A stretch of DNA of 62,505 nt, counting the filler, from Choristocarpus tenellus KU-1152 (lineage: Eukaryota > Protista > Phaeophyceae), in assembly GCA_964200185.2 (NCBI GenBank). It is 10 parts of 10 records of this genome, joined end to end, with 100 filler letters (N's around TTAATTAATTAA, not from the genome) between each part and the next. Parts side by side here need not be neighbours in the genome. Positions count along the whole stretch, not along the records: positions 48,366 to 54,640 come from CAXNAD020008505.1; positions 54,741 to 59,872 come from CAXNAD020011772.1; positions 59,973 to 62,505 come from CAXNAD020026999.1; 7 more parts are not named here. One strand, 5' to 3'. Under the pieces are notes generated by a model. It worked only from the letters and a program-made list of their open reading frames with translations. It had not been told where the DNA came from and did no database searches. Shown here one piece after another: positions 50,487-62,505 of the stretch. A program made the translations under genes and the position numbers. The stretch's first letter is position 1, and every line of letters begins with the position of its first letter.

Positions 50487-51159
50487 CTCGGTCCAACTTT
50501 TTGACTTTAGTTGAACGCGCCAACTTCTCTAGAAAAAATGCACCTCCAGGGGAGATGTGAGGTGCGGGGTTTTGGGTGTGATGTTAACATACCTCAACTC
50601 CCTAATAAAATCTGTGCGGGTTGGTCAAAGACGGGACGATTGCAACCCTAAACATCGGAGGGACTCAGCTGGCAGAAAAGGCGGAATAACTAGGGAAGAG
50701 CCCTGCCCAACCTCATAGATCTCAGGAGTGTATATCTAAACTTGTATTATGTGTTTTAGGTCTGCATGGTGAAAGGAATTCTCCAACAACTTGGACGAAG
50801 TCAAATCTCTTGATCGTGTACAGTATGGGATGGGTTAGGTGGTAGGATGGTGAGAAACCCCGCAGAAAAACAATACTCTGTGGGTGTTCCACAACCATGC
50901 GGTAATCGTGGCCAGCGTAAGTTCCTTGTAGAATCCCGCTGGACGATAATCCGTTGGATTTGGCAACGAGAAAGAGCTCAATGTTGCTGACCAGTCATGG
51001 GCTGGTTGTCCACACGGCACGAGAAGCAAAGCATGAACGGAGGTAGTCCCAAGCAGCAAAGGAACAAACGAAGAATGCTTGAAAAAGAAGGAGAGACCAC
51101 CTCACACCTATTACACGATCTGAATTTGGCACATAAAAATCCTGGAACAGAGAGCCGAA

Positions 51160-52970
51160 GTTTATCACTTGGAAAGTATCTTTTGTGGCAGTGAGTGGCA
51201 ACAATGGGCATGCAGTTGTACTGATGAAGAGGGCTTGGGCTTGTAGATGTGATGTGGTTTGACTCCAAGAGACAAGGCAAGGTGGAAAATCTTGCCTTTA
51301 CCTCTCCAGGCTGAACTACACCGTGTTTTCAGTAGAGATGACATCAACAGAGGCAACTGGAGGAACTGGCAGTGAAGGAGTAAATCCTAAAACAGGAGTG
51401 CCTATGAAGTAGAGTACTTTGTTGAGCGGATGACAAAGGTTCAGTTACTTATGACCGACAGTTCAAGTGGGGATTCCATTTTGCGTTGCAGGATGTACTC
51501 CAACAGAAGAAGCCTCAGATACAGCCCAAGGATGCTCTCTCCCAGAAGTTGCATGGACTGTCCCGCGAAGGAAAAGCGCTTTTGTTTTAATGGACGCAAA
51601 TGGAGAGGCATGGGTGGGGAGGATCATGATTGGAGGGTACTGGGGGCATATTGGCATGATGTGCTGAATAACAATGGTGAGTACCTGTTGTGTTTACAGA
51701 GATGAACAGACTTACACTTCTAACCACATTTTTGAGTGTAACTAAGGAAAAAGAGTCCCACACATGTACTTAAGTAGCCAAGACAAGATGGGGTACCTCT
51801 GTCTCAATTATGCCCTCACACACCTGGTTGATCACCAAATTATAATGGTATCAATCTGCCTCCTTGGTCTATTTGCTACCAATCGCAAGACATTCCCTGG
51901 TGGAAAGAGATGCACCTTTTTCAATTGATAAGCTCTGATATGTAGTCACAACCCTTGAGGACTGAAGTGGTAAGTGTGCTTGCAGTAGCACTCCTATAAG
52001 CAGCCAGCGACAACTAAGAATACAGCAGGTGTTACTGCAAAGGTCAACAACATGGCAGCTTCACAACCCATATGTTAGAAACTACTTCAGAAGTACTGCC
52101 ACCACCCGGACAGAGAGTGTTGCCAGGAAGTGTTGTAATATTAACCAAGTTCAAGCAAATTTATTGAGACCTAGGATGGGTGGGAACAAACATGGCGACA
52201 ATAGTATACAGACCCCAAAAAAGGCCACAGCCCAGGAAGGAGTTGAAGGTGGTTGGCAGACAGCTCAAACGGGTGAGGGCATCCACCTTGCAGGAGTCCT
52301 TAACACCTAAATGAGGAAGATAGAAGACTATGTTCACCCTGGGGATCAAGCTGGTTCCAAAGAACACCTGAGAGGGGCCTTGGTGGAGAGGACCAGACAG
52401 AGTGCTTCCCAACATATTAACAAGTGTGGCAGGCTACTGAGAGAGAAGTATTCTTCATGGGAAGTGGGGCGAGATTTCAAAGTGCTCCTAAATGACAAGG
52501 CAGTAAACCTCAACCCTAATTGTACTGAAGCGTTCAACCAACAATCTACTTGTGTGGCGGCCGCTGATGCAGGAACATTGGTGGAGGTAAAAGAAGGTAT
52601 TCGGGCCATGGCAAAATGGGAAAGTGATACGGCCAGATGGCCTCCCAGGTGAGACCCTGAACCTTGGCCTAGGACGAGATTATTCTCCAGATTTTCTGCA
52701 AGACTTTGTTGTCTGTGTGGGACCAGGAAGATATGCTGCAGGTTGGAAAGATACAGTTCAAGGTTCTTCACCACAAGGAGGTTTGGAATTGATTGTGGGA
52801 AGCACATGGTCATCTCATTGGTGGCACACACTGGCAAAGTGCTACTCAAGGTTGTTGCTTTGACAACTGGGAGCTTTACTTGAATGGGAGAACATACTCC
52901 ATGAGGAGTACTGTGTTTCCAGCCCCAACCCTCCACAGTTATGATGCACATGCTACGTGCCCTCCAGGAG
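51160..52970 (+). mobile_element. Non-LTR retrotransposon relic (APE endonuclease + RT; RTE-like LINE), 3'-truncated
   Basis: Degenerate motifs in order: FITWK, DVV.LQETRQ, LAVKE, TPTE, FVLMDAN, GAY..LNNNGE.LL, EVKEGIRAMA, PDGLPGE, WKD..VL, DCG..ISLVAHTGKVLLKVVA, FQP.PST. Confidence 0.85.
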
Positions 52971-53012
52971 CTCAACCTGGAAAAGCATTTTTCTCTACTA
53001 ATGTGTTTATTT

Positions 53013-53230
53013 CAGGGCTTTCCATTGGACTAGGCAGCTAGCATATCTACTGTTGGCCATATGGCCGCTGGTCGGTCCATGACCCAGCCATGTTGAAACA
53101 GTCAATGCCCATGGACTCAGTCATGTTCGAACTTGGCTATACATGGCCGACCAGTGGCCCCAGTCATGTTGAGTAAGCGATGGCCATGGACCCAGCCATG
53201 TTTAGAACATTTTATCTATGGCTAATCAGG
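53013..53230. mobile_element. Possible end of a non-autonomous hAT-like element with subterminal GACCCAGCCATG repeats
   Basis: Starts CAGGGCTT followed by repeated ccatg(g)acccagccatgtt motifs; a similar CAGGGCTT start occurs at 4617. No second TIR or TSD found. Confidence 0.3.
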
Positions 53231-54541
53231 TAATATTTGTATTATTATTGGGTCTGCCGTGTCATGACCATGCCTCCTATTTTATTTTTTACCACCTTTG
53301 AATATTATATCCTAAATTTCAAACCTCTACTACTGTAAGTTAATCTCCAAGAACCTTTGTTGTCATCAAGGGAGGTGCAACAAACAACCTGATCAAAGGA
53401 GAAGGAGCAACAAGGAGGGGTAGCATTTAAACAGCACCTGTGGGATACGCTCCATACTGATCATGCAAACATTGTGTCAATGACCCAACGAAGTCTAGCC
53501 AGGATGATGACAGTGCTTGTAAGGGTGGTCAGCTCTCACAGGATGACCATGTCGGAGTTTAATCCGGAGACCATGTACCTTTGACCTCCCAATAAGGCTG
53601 CAGAGTTAATGCAGATTCAGACTTTGGATCAGATCTATTAGACTGATAAGTTTGTTATGCTGGAGGTACCATCAATGATGAAGTTTTTTATCACTGGTGA
53701 GATAAGTTGACAACTTCAAAAGGCCTAAGGTTGTTTCTACAAGTGCAGTCAAGTGCTCCATAACAGAACCCCAATTGCATCACTTGAAACTGATACTTGA
53801 ATACTTGAGGTTCTATTATTTGGTTGAATGAAATGGATACTCCATTGTCCACTCTCCACTTCAGGTCCACCATATGAAGCATTCCTCTCACCACGATAAT
53901 TTCTCTTCCACTCAACAATTTGTGGCAAATGGGAATGTACCGACCACACCCTCTTCTACATTCATCCCTTTCGAAGACTGAGTGTGACAGTATTGAGCCA
54001 ACTGAGCAAAAACAGAGTCTTTTTTGCAGGGTCAATTGTATGGGGGCGGATGGGTATTAACCCCATCTTATACTATATTAGCAATGTTCTCGCGGTGTAA
54101 TATTTGAAGATAACAAACTTTTTCAATTGTATTGCCATGCAGTCATAATGTATCTTGCTTATGTAAAGTTCTGTTGTGGTACAGCTGGATATCCACCAGT
54201 GCACAATACAAACTCCTTGGCTATTGTTGCTGTTTTTTAAAGCTGATTATAACATGCTGCAGTTGGCAGCATCTAGTTGACGTGGTAAAGTTTGACAATT
54301 TTGATCTCTCACAAGGATGTCTCCCTTATGATATTCAAGTGCATTCTATAACACATCGTGCCACCTGTGCTGCTTCCATGGATACCATAAAACAATAGAG
54401 GGAATCTGGGGTCTTTTTTCATGATGGCAAGTTTATACCTCTTTATGACATGCAACCTACATATTGCAGGTCAATCATTTCCAATGCCGTTCAATGTATC
54501 AAGAACCTGTGTCTCTCTCTTAAAACTCCCATCTCTTTGCT

Positions 54542-54640
54542 GACCCAAAGTATCTAGGGGGGGGGGGGGGGGGGGGGGTACACCCAGGGGGGCACATAGG
54601 AGGAGGGGGGGGGGGGGGGGGGGGGGAGGAGGGGAGTGAG
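54542..54640. mobile_element. MITE family B end, truncated
   Basis: GACCCAAAGTATCTAG, poly-G, tacacccaggg. Confidence 0.8.
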
Positions 54641-54740
54641 NNNNNNNNNNNNNNNNNNNNNNNNNNNNNNNNNNNNNNNNNNNNTTAATTAATTAANNNN
54701 NNNNNNNNNNNNNNNNNNNNNNNNNNNNNNNNNNNNNNNN
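54641..54740. other. Artificial contig linker
   Basis: N44-TTAATTAATTAA-N44. Confidence 0.98.
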
Positions 54741-54780
54741 CAAATGGACAGCCACCACCCCCTCCCAGATACTTTGAGCC
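54741..54780. mobile_element. MITE family B end, truncated
   Basis: caaatggacagccacc...CAGATACTTTGAGCC. Confidence 0.82.
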
Positions 54781-55929
54781 CATTGACTTACAGGATGACC
54801 TCGAGGACAAGCAGGGCATTGGCATATCCGTTACCTCCTTTCTCTGTCTCTTATGGCGCCCAGCAAGCACCAAATCCACATTAAACTATCTGCAGTACTG
54901 GACATAGTTTTTTTTTCTCTTGTCCATGAAGTCCAAGGCTGTCATCTTGCATCTGGGGCTTACACTGTGCTCCATATGGCATCTCTAGCGCCCTCTCCCC
55001 AAATCAACTTTTTTCTTCATTTTTTTCTTATTATTATTGCTGGTTGTATGAAGAGGGTTTTGCATTCATTCCCTGCTACTACTGTGGGATAGTATTGAAA
55101 GCACTAGTATACTATTTTGCGTCCCATGCCTGCTGTGATACCGTAGCTCCCCTGGAAAATAAACTGTGGAGTGTGCAATACGTGCATGTTCTCTCAAAAT
55201 CGAAAATACAATGTTGACACATGAAACCAATCTTTTGCCTAATGCTCCAACTTCATTTCCGCATTGACCTCTCTCAAAGGTTATTGGGATGGAAAGGGAA
55301 GGTTCTGCTGCATGGATGGAAGAGTTGATGAGGGGACGTGGAAGGAGGGGAAGCTGTGAGTCATGCCACTTGTGATGTTCAATCAATTGAAAATACAAAG
55401 AAGATGTGGCATTCTAAGAATGGCATACTATGAACCACATATGGCTTGAAAAAAGTCCCAGATAAGGTTTTCAGACATTTGCATAGTAGGTAAGAGACAA
55501 GAGGGGTGGGTGTGAAAGATGGGAAGACTCAGGTGATAAATCTTCAAGCAGCAAAAGAAGAGTTCATCAGGTGCCACATGTTTTTATTTTTTCAGAAGCA
55601 ACATCCAAGAGTGAAAAGGGGTGAGCAACCCTCTTTGAGACATGTTTCCAAATCAAAGGGGTAACTGATGTTGTGATTTTCTACGTTCGAAAAAGCTCTA
55701 TGTCACACAACGAGCTATTGAGATGCGATGCATTCATTCTGGAAAAACGCTCTCATGCCTCCTCAATCTGATTTTATTTTCATATCCATCAGCAAGGACA
55801 TGACATTGCTGCTGAACATTGGTTGTGTTTTAGAAGCCAAAGACATTAACAGCAAGAACGAACTTTTCTCATTCCAGGAGTGGTTGGGGAAGAAGTGTTC
55901 TGATGCTGGAATCTGAGTTGGGAGATCCA

Positions 55930-56640
55930 AACCGGATGTACATTGGTGGGGTCGGAGGTCTGTACAGGGTTCACCAGTATTCTGGCCAATGGGAAGATGG
56001 AAAAAGGCAGGTGGGTCAACCAATGAAAGAGAGAGTACTTTACAGTCCTCCGCGGGGATGTGAAAGACAACAAATGGCAAGGAAAGCACCATTAAGGTTG
56101 TGTGGATGATTGCCACGATGATCTCAGAGCATAAACATATTCAAAAGAGGAGGCAAATAGTAGGATTTGAGGTGATATATATCGCAAAAGATGACAGGTT
56201 GAAATGCTGGTCAAGAAACAGGACTATTCTGTCTGCTACAGTATTTGCTATCAATCTAACTTCACTATATATACATAGGGTGTGTCGATTTTCCATTCTA
56301 GCCTCCCTAGTAGTTCCTCAACCCCTCCAGTAGTAGCAGCCTGATATTGTGTAATGGGAAGTCCACCTCGTCAACAGTCTTGGTGGGTGCAAGAATAGGT
56401 TTTTCGCAGTTAATACTGCTGCAAACCATGCCATTTAACATTTGTGGCGATCTGATATTTGCAATGGGTTCTACCACACTTGATAAAATACACAATCAAT
56501 TCTTGCACACCACAAGGGGTTTGGAGTGGCGACCTATGCAAACGGGGATCGTCTCATTGGAGTCTTTGTCAACACGCACCTACATGGGTATGGACTTTAT
56601 GTCTTTGCAAAAACCTTAAAAACAAGGTGAGCTTCATTGA
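55930..56640 (+). pseudogene. MORN-repeat protein relic
   Basis: YSGQWEDGKRQ, GFEVIYIAKDDRLKCW and HKGFGVATYANGDRLIGVFVNTHLHGYGLYVFA fit the MORN consensus Y.G.W..G..HG.G...Y.NGD.Y.G.F; interrupted by stops and frameshifts. Confidence 0.6.
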
Positions 56641-57552
56641 TCCCAAGGGATGGCAATACCATATTAAGAACCACCCCGACAATAAACAACAAAAATTTAA
56701 GCTGAAAATGAAATAATACAAACAATTATCAAACCATAGCACTCAAATTGGGTCCAATTTGTTCCCATTGGCAGAGTATCAGTCAAACAGAGAAGCAACA
56801 GTGCCCGCACAACAGTGTTCACACTCTAATCAGAGTGTGTGGTTCCACCCAGTCTGTCCTGTATCTGTCCACAGGTGGAGAACAGTTCTTGAATGTACCA
56901 AGGGATATTGTCCTAAATCAATTGTATCTTGATGAACTTATCCCCTTGCACTACCACTTTACACCAAATTCATTCTCACTATCACACAAAAAAAAAAAAT
57001 CGATCTCAGCCTACCAGTCTCCCGTACAGCTTTCTATTGACCATGGAGACTCATCACAGTTGTATGAGCCTCGTTGACCACATTTCGCTCAAGCATGGAT
57101 GACAGACAGTGCACGGAAGCAACCCATACTGTTTTAGAGTCAGATGTACCCTTTTGTGACAAAATTATTACATCCTTGATCCCTTGCGATCAACTACTAT
57201 GATTTTGACCATTATCCCAACAAGAACCAGTATAACTTCAGCACAAGCTTTTGGCTGTTGTGGCAATATCTGAGCACAATCTATCCCTCATGGCTGACGA
57301 TCGATCACCAAGATTCCACCCCTCTATATAAAAAAAACTGATTCTCCCTAGAGGGTGGAAAAATCGCCCTAGGACACACTGTGACTCCAACAAAGAAGAC
57401 GCATTCTCACGCCTACCTTTGGGCGGTGACATTGTATCTCCCAGCAAGGGTGGGAATAGATTCCAATATTGAAAACAATGAAAAAACGCCCTACAGCCAC
57501 CCCAGCACCACAAATCTGAGGGTAACCATAGTTGTCAGGACAAGCTCAGAGT

Positions 57553-57813
57553 GAGCCAAAGTATCTTAGAGGGTAGAGCCGCGTCCATTTGGGGTCTAAA
57601 ATCCAATGTTGCGATTTTGATGTAGTTTTGGCTATCATGTTTGTTAGGAAGTGTCAATATCCTTGTTCCGGACACACATTTTCATAACGTATACATTTTA
57701 CCTACTCCAAAACACTTTGGAGTAGGAAAATGTCATAAAAAGAGACCTATGGGAAGCCAAGCCCCAAATGGACAAACAGGGGAAAACTCGTACCCTATAA
57801 GATACTTTCACTC
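57553..57813. mobile_element. MITE family A, full copy (261 bp)
   Basis: GAGCCAAAGTATCTTAGAGGGTA...TACCCTATAAGATACTTTCACTC; flanks share only AGT. Confidence 0.92.
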
Positions 57814-59179
57814 AGTACTTCATGCATTTCATTGGATACCCTATGTGGGGCACACAGAAGGGGCATCCAACCCAGTCCAGTCCTAGTTGTCTAGACTTTA
57901 CTCAGGTTGGTTAATTGTTGAATGTTTGCAGCAGCCCCAACCTTTCTCACTTGCTCTACCTGAGGTTCCAAAGCCCAAACTGTGTATGATTGACCGTGCA
58001 AGCTCTCAAAAATACTTACGTGGAGTTGATAGGGTGCAAAATTTGTATGAAGTGCCTCGTGAGCTCTAGAGGTCCTGCGGGTTGTTTGTGCTGGGCAACT
58101 GAATGCAGGGAGTTGCAAAAGTCGTCATTGATACGAAACATGGCTCAAAAAGACCTTTTAGTATCAAGTTGTTTTTACTGCCAACACAGTAGTCCTTAAC
58201 ATCTTTAGTATGCCATATACGTATTAAATTAGTTCCTTCACCGTAAGCCTTATGCCGTGTTGGAACGTGATACTCTCTTGCTTTGTTCATTGATGCACTA
58301 TACAATATATAGCCTATAACATTGGCTGTATCAACACTCATCAATACCAAAATTTGTAACACCATTATGCATCTTCCAACCTAGGTTTCAATATTGAGGC
58401 AGTACATTATGTATGTGTGTTTCTTCAGCATTGGCATTGAGTCCAGCAAACTTCCATCACCTAAAGGAATTGTAGTGACCTTTCCTACCCATCTCTCATC
58501 TCACTCAACTTGGGTATTTGATGTTCAGGGCAGGGTACTGGAAGATGGGTCAGCGTCAAGACTGGGTGGAGTTTGAAGTAGCACAAGTGAGCCCCCTCAT
58601 TGCTGGGGCTCTCACGATGATGAAGGTTGACCCAACAGCATTGAATTCAGGTTTGATAATTATCTGAACTGAATTTTATGTCATCCCTGCTGAACTTTGC
58701 ATTACAGGATGAAGGGGCACAGGGTAGAAGCAGGATGAATCGTAGAATGGGTGCCGTTGCAGTAGTGCAGTTCATATGACAATTCAAAGATGCACAAGTT
58801 TTAACCTTGGCAGATCAACCCAATCAAGGGGAGGGCACTTTGTTATGTTGAACATGGTAAGAAATCACATGTTTTGAAAAAAAGTCCCTATCCCTCTATG
58901 ATATTCACTAGAGTTACTACTGTATCAAATCAAAGGTCTGCCCCAAGTTTTTGTGACTCTGACTTCCCTTCTGTTAGTGGAGCAACATAGAAAAATTAGA
59001 TGGGATAGCTGATTCCTGAACTCTAAACCAAGGTTGAGATGGGAAGAAGGGATGTTGCAAGGTGAACCCCACACACTGTATCTAGGATTTTTTCAAAAGC
59101 TGCGGTTACACTTTGTATTGTTAACAATTTCCTCTGCTCCCCCTGGACCTTTGATGCTGCCTCTTTTTCTGTCCCCACA

Positions 59180-59334
59180 GGGAATCTGGATGAGCTGATC
59201 ACTCTGTATGAGCAGTGCATAAAGAGGGACGCAAGGACCACTCTACAGAATCAGAACCACTGGCTTCTGATGGGAATTCAGCACAAGGACAAGGAAATTC
59301 AGCACAAGGACAGCAAACTCAGCGGCAGCACTTG
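59180..59334 (+). CDS. Possible isolated terminal exon, unknown product
   Basis: Pyrimidine-rich acceptor tttttctgtccccacag, then NLDELITLYEQCIKRDAR...IQHKDKEIQHKDSKLSGST*; no partner exon identified. Confidence 0.25.
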
Positions 59335-59718
59335 ATCCTTGATGAAGAGAGAGAGAGTCAATATTGTTGATACTCTTACTGATAGACCCTATTCTGAGCA
59401 ATTTTTCATTTTTCATTTTTAGTGCACAACCAGTTTGTTGTTGCACGGCTAACCACTAATGTTACACTACTTATTAGCACTATTTAAGTGCCACAGTACG
59501 TGGGGACTTCAGCAGTGTTTTTTTTTAGTTGATCGCAGAAACAGATAATCCACATTATACCACCTGCACCGTGTCTTCAGCACCTGTCATCAGCTCTGGG
59601 CTAACATCATTGAAAAAATATGTGTAACTGGTTTGATTTACACCATGCTTTCTTACCACACTACCGACTGCTGGTCCCTGCGGAGGTAAGGTTACGAACA
59701 GACTGCATCCTTGCTCTT

Positions 59719-59872
59719 GGCTCAAAGTATCTGGCGGGGGGGGGTGGCAGCTGTCCATTCGGGGCCCATTTTTCCATGCCGCAATTTTCGGGTGATTTAG
59801 TTGCATATGTTGGATGGATAATGTAAGTGCGCTTCTCCTGATCAGGTCCTGAGTGGACACCCCGGTGTAGAG
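59719..59872. mobile_element. MITE family B, truncated by contig end
   Basis: GGCTCAAAGTATCTGG...; colinear with the 37361 copy. Confidence 0.9.
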
Positions 59873-59972
59873 NNNNNNNNNNNNNNNNNNNNNNNNNNNN
59901 NNNNNNNNNNNNNNNNTTAATTAATTAANNNNNNNNNNNNNNNNNNNNNNNNNNNNNNNNNNNNNNNNNNNN
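59873..59972. other. Artificial contig linker
   Basis: N44-TTAATTAATTAA-N44. Confidence 0.98.
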
Positions 59973-60466
59973 CCCGGTAAGCTCTTCGTGTTTCTATAAC
60001 CAAACCCCCTATTTGTAAGAAAATGTAGGTGGACCCGGGGGGACAACATTGGAGCACAACGTGTATTTTTTCTTACGTTTGGTGTTATCTATGGTGTTGC
60101 ACCTTGAGCAAACGCTAGCGGGTATCCCAGAACTTTTAGCCTGCAATGTCCATTGCCCATTGCAAGCCTGGGTTCGTTACGAAGAATGCTCTCCGGGGCT
60201 AGGTGGCCCTACAGTGTCCGTTGCCCATGTTACAGCCAAGTCCATTTCCAGCAAACGCAAAATAGAGCCATTTCGAAAGGACTGAGTGTAACAGTTCGCT
60301 TGTCCAAAAACAGCAATCCTGTGGCCATTTGCTTTTGCTTTTGCTTTTGCTTTTTTTTTTAAGTGCATTGGTTTTGATCTTTTCGAACAAGCGGTCTTAG
60401 GTTGCAAGGACGTGCAGAATAGAGCGAGCAATACATAGAAGGGGGNNNNNNNNNNGGTGGACTTGC

Positions 60467-60467
<1 letters not shown>

Positions 60468-60530
<63 letters not shown>
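60468..60530 (+). repeat. Poly-A tract next to a 10-N scaffold gap (60446-60455)
   Basis: Directly visible. Confidence 0.9.
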
Positions 60531-60533
<3 letters not shown>

Positions 60534-62204
60534 AAGAACTAGTGCGGACGGGACGAGTATCCGTTGATTTTCCAGAAGTATCTTCTTCTGTTGTCGTTTT
60601 TTTCTACAACGTGCATCATTTTGTAAAAAGTCTCGAGGGCACTTGTTTGGTCCTTAGCCTCCGTCTGTCCATCGAACTGTCTGAGGCCTATTTACTCGGT
60701 GTACCCGGACAGTGCTTTGTGTTTTATGACAGTAAGAGGTCAAGTGCACATTATGAGCATTACACCGTCGTCAGGTGTGTGTGTGTGTGTGAGAGAGAGA
60801 GATGGCCGAGAGTCCCTTGTGTAGGAATGATGGTGATGAGGAGGGAGAGAAGTACCAGAGTCGTTGTGGTGTGCATCAACACAACACAAACACGATGACA
60901 GTTCAGTTGTGATGGTCGTAATCAAGTTGAAGGCCACCCTGCCATCGATGCCAATGTTCTCAAGGTCTCTTCATTAGTCTCGCCAACCCCCACGGCGGGG
61001 TTGACTCTGCTGCTGGAGGGGTTAGTCAAGGATTCCAAGAGGGACGCAGCCCCCGGGATGGCTGTCCTTTTCCAGTGACAGTGATTGGTCATGCCGTGGA
61101 TTGACTTGCGGGCACCACGATTCATTGAGCCATGTACACGTTGATGGGGTTAGGGATTGAAAATCCTGGCCCTAACAACCCCCCAAAAAAAAGAAAAGAA
61201 AAAAATTATGCACGTTTTCGCTCGCCACCCCTTCGATGGAAGTGGACAGAAATCCTAACGGGGTTGTGACCTGTTGGACTCCGTGTACTCCCCTCCAGCA
61301 GAGTTGAGATCCGTGAGGGTGAAGACTTACTAATGAAGAGGGTCAAAAGGACGGGTTGGGCTATGTACTCTTTCAGTCACTTTTTCCTTTTTTGAAAATG
61401 AATTTCCCCCCCCCCCCCCCCCCCCCCCCTCTTTCTTTTTTCATTCCCTTCTCTTCCTTGCTTCTTTTTTTGTTAACTCCATCACGATCCTCTCTGACGC
61501 ATTGTCGACAACCATTGACAGTAAGTCCTATTTGTAAATGGCGGTATCAGAGGTCAACTCGGAATCTGTAGTCCCCGGTGATGAGAGTCACAAAGGGTCG
61601 CTAGATCGATCGTAGCAGTGATAGTTTTGAGAAGAGGGGGTTCTCTTGGTCAAGTGTTGTGTGTGCACTGGTGCTTGAGCATCGTGCTTCACAGTAGTGG
61701 ATGCAGTCCTCAGACAGTGAGGGTAGCATTTATATAGTCCGGGGGGGGGGGGAGTGTCGTTGGGTTTTGAGGGTCCTGAGAAAGGCCTTGTTGTAGGGAG
61801 TAAGTAGGGAGTATGTGTTTGTTTTTTATCGGTGGAGGCTTTAGTCTGCAGATGATTTCCTCTTCTACAGTGGCAGGCACTCCAATGAGGGTGGTTAATT
61901 GCGCTTGGGGCATAGGCGGCGTGTGGGTGGTGTATTTTTGTGTAAGAGCCTTGCGATTTTTAAAGGGTCGAGATTGACCCTCCCCTCTTAGGTGTCTTCA
62001 CCCTGACGTGTGGGCTGGATTGACAGAATAGTGGTTGATGTGAGGTCCAGGAGAAGGCAGGACAGAGACCCAAAGGAGAGTCGGGAATACTGGACTGAAC
62101 TTTGAAGGATTTGTAGGACCCTTAAACAGACATGTCTCTCTCTCCCTCCTCTCTCTCAGCAGTGCAAATCTCGGTTGCAATCATAGCAATCATTTAAGAT
62201 GGTA

Positions 62205-62382
62205 CATTTAAGAGGGTAGGGCCACGTCCGTTTGTTTGGGATCATAAATCCAATGTTGCGATTTTGATGTAATTTTGGCTATCCTATCGTGTTCGTTAGC
62301 GCGTGTCAATGTCCTTGCTCTGGACACTCCTTTCATAGTCGTATACATCTTACCTACTCCCCGGAAAAGTTTCGGAGTATGT
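62205..62382. mobile_element. MITE family A, old degenerate partial copy
   Basis: aagagggtag...aatccaatgttgcgattttgatgtaattttggctatc...acctactcc..ggagta is colinear with the 57553 copy. Confidence 0.8.
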
Positions 62383-62505
62383 AACTGCAGTACATGTAAC
62401 TGTCTTCACACAGAAAACTGGGGGGGGGGGGGGAAATGGGGGAATCGGAAGGGGGTCGTGGAGGGAAAGGGGGGAGATCTGGGGGGGCGCCGTATCATAA
62501 AAAAA

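Noticed and set aside
54542-54780. MITE halves on both sides of a linker (also 19262-19541) as one element joining the contigs
   Set aside because: Flanks give no matching TSD (TGCT vs CATT; TGTA vs TACA) and the terminal variants differ
5868-59972. Recurrent TTAATTAATTAA palindromes as biological sites (e.g. piggyBac TSD arrays)
   Set aside because: Always centred in exactly 44+44 N; an artificial six-frame-stop linker

Overview
Eukaryotic, intron-rich, repeat-rich nuclear DNA. The gene content and canonical GT-AG introns suggest a stramenopile or brown-alga-like genome, but that is inference. The window is not contiguous: it is 10 contigs joined by nine identical artificial 100-nt linkers (N44-TTAATTAATTAA-N44), so synteny across linkers is meaningless. 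Spliced genes reconstructed by hand: a ribonuclease-inhibitor-type LRR gene (7 exons, 766 aa, with a decayed-looking 5' extension); the 3' exons of an Iota-class-like GST; the C-terminal exons of a DENND4-like gene; a complete mitochondrial-type ribosomal protein uL23 gene head-to-head with a complete 228-aa gene of unknown function; an F-box/FIST-like gene; and two exons of a possible OSCA/TMEM63 channel. Decayed relics: a Penelope-like RT with no C-terminal endonuclease, a DD39D-related mariner, an RTE-like LINE, a MORN-repeat pseudogene, and unprocessed pseudo-exons of AP-2 sigma and an Era-like GTPase on one contig. The most striking unexplained structure is a pair of related MITE families (13 copies). 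They share the terminal motif G-nnnn-AAAGTATCT and have 4-bp TSDs in two copies; family A carries an internal palindrome, and one A and one B copy abut TIR-to-TIR. Decayed elements show CpG-type mutations while gene 5' regions keep CpG, hinting at cytosine methylation. I could not confirm a wholly new biological system from sequence alone.
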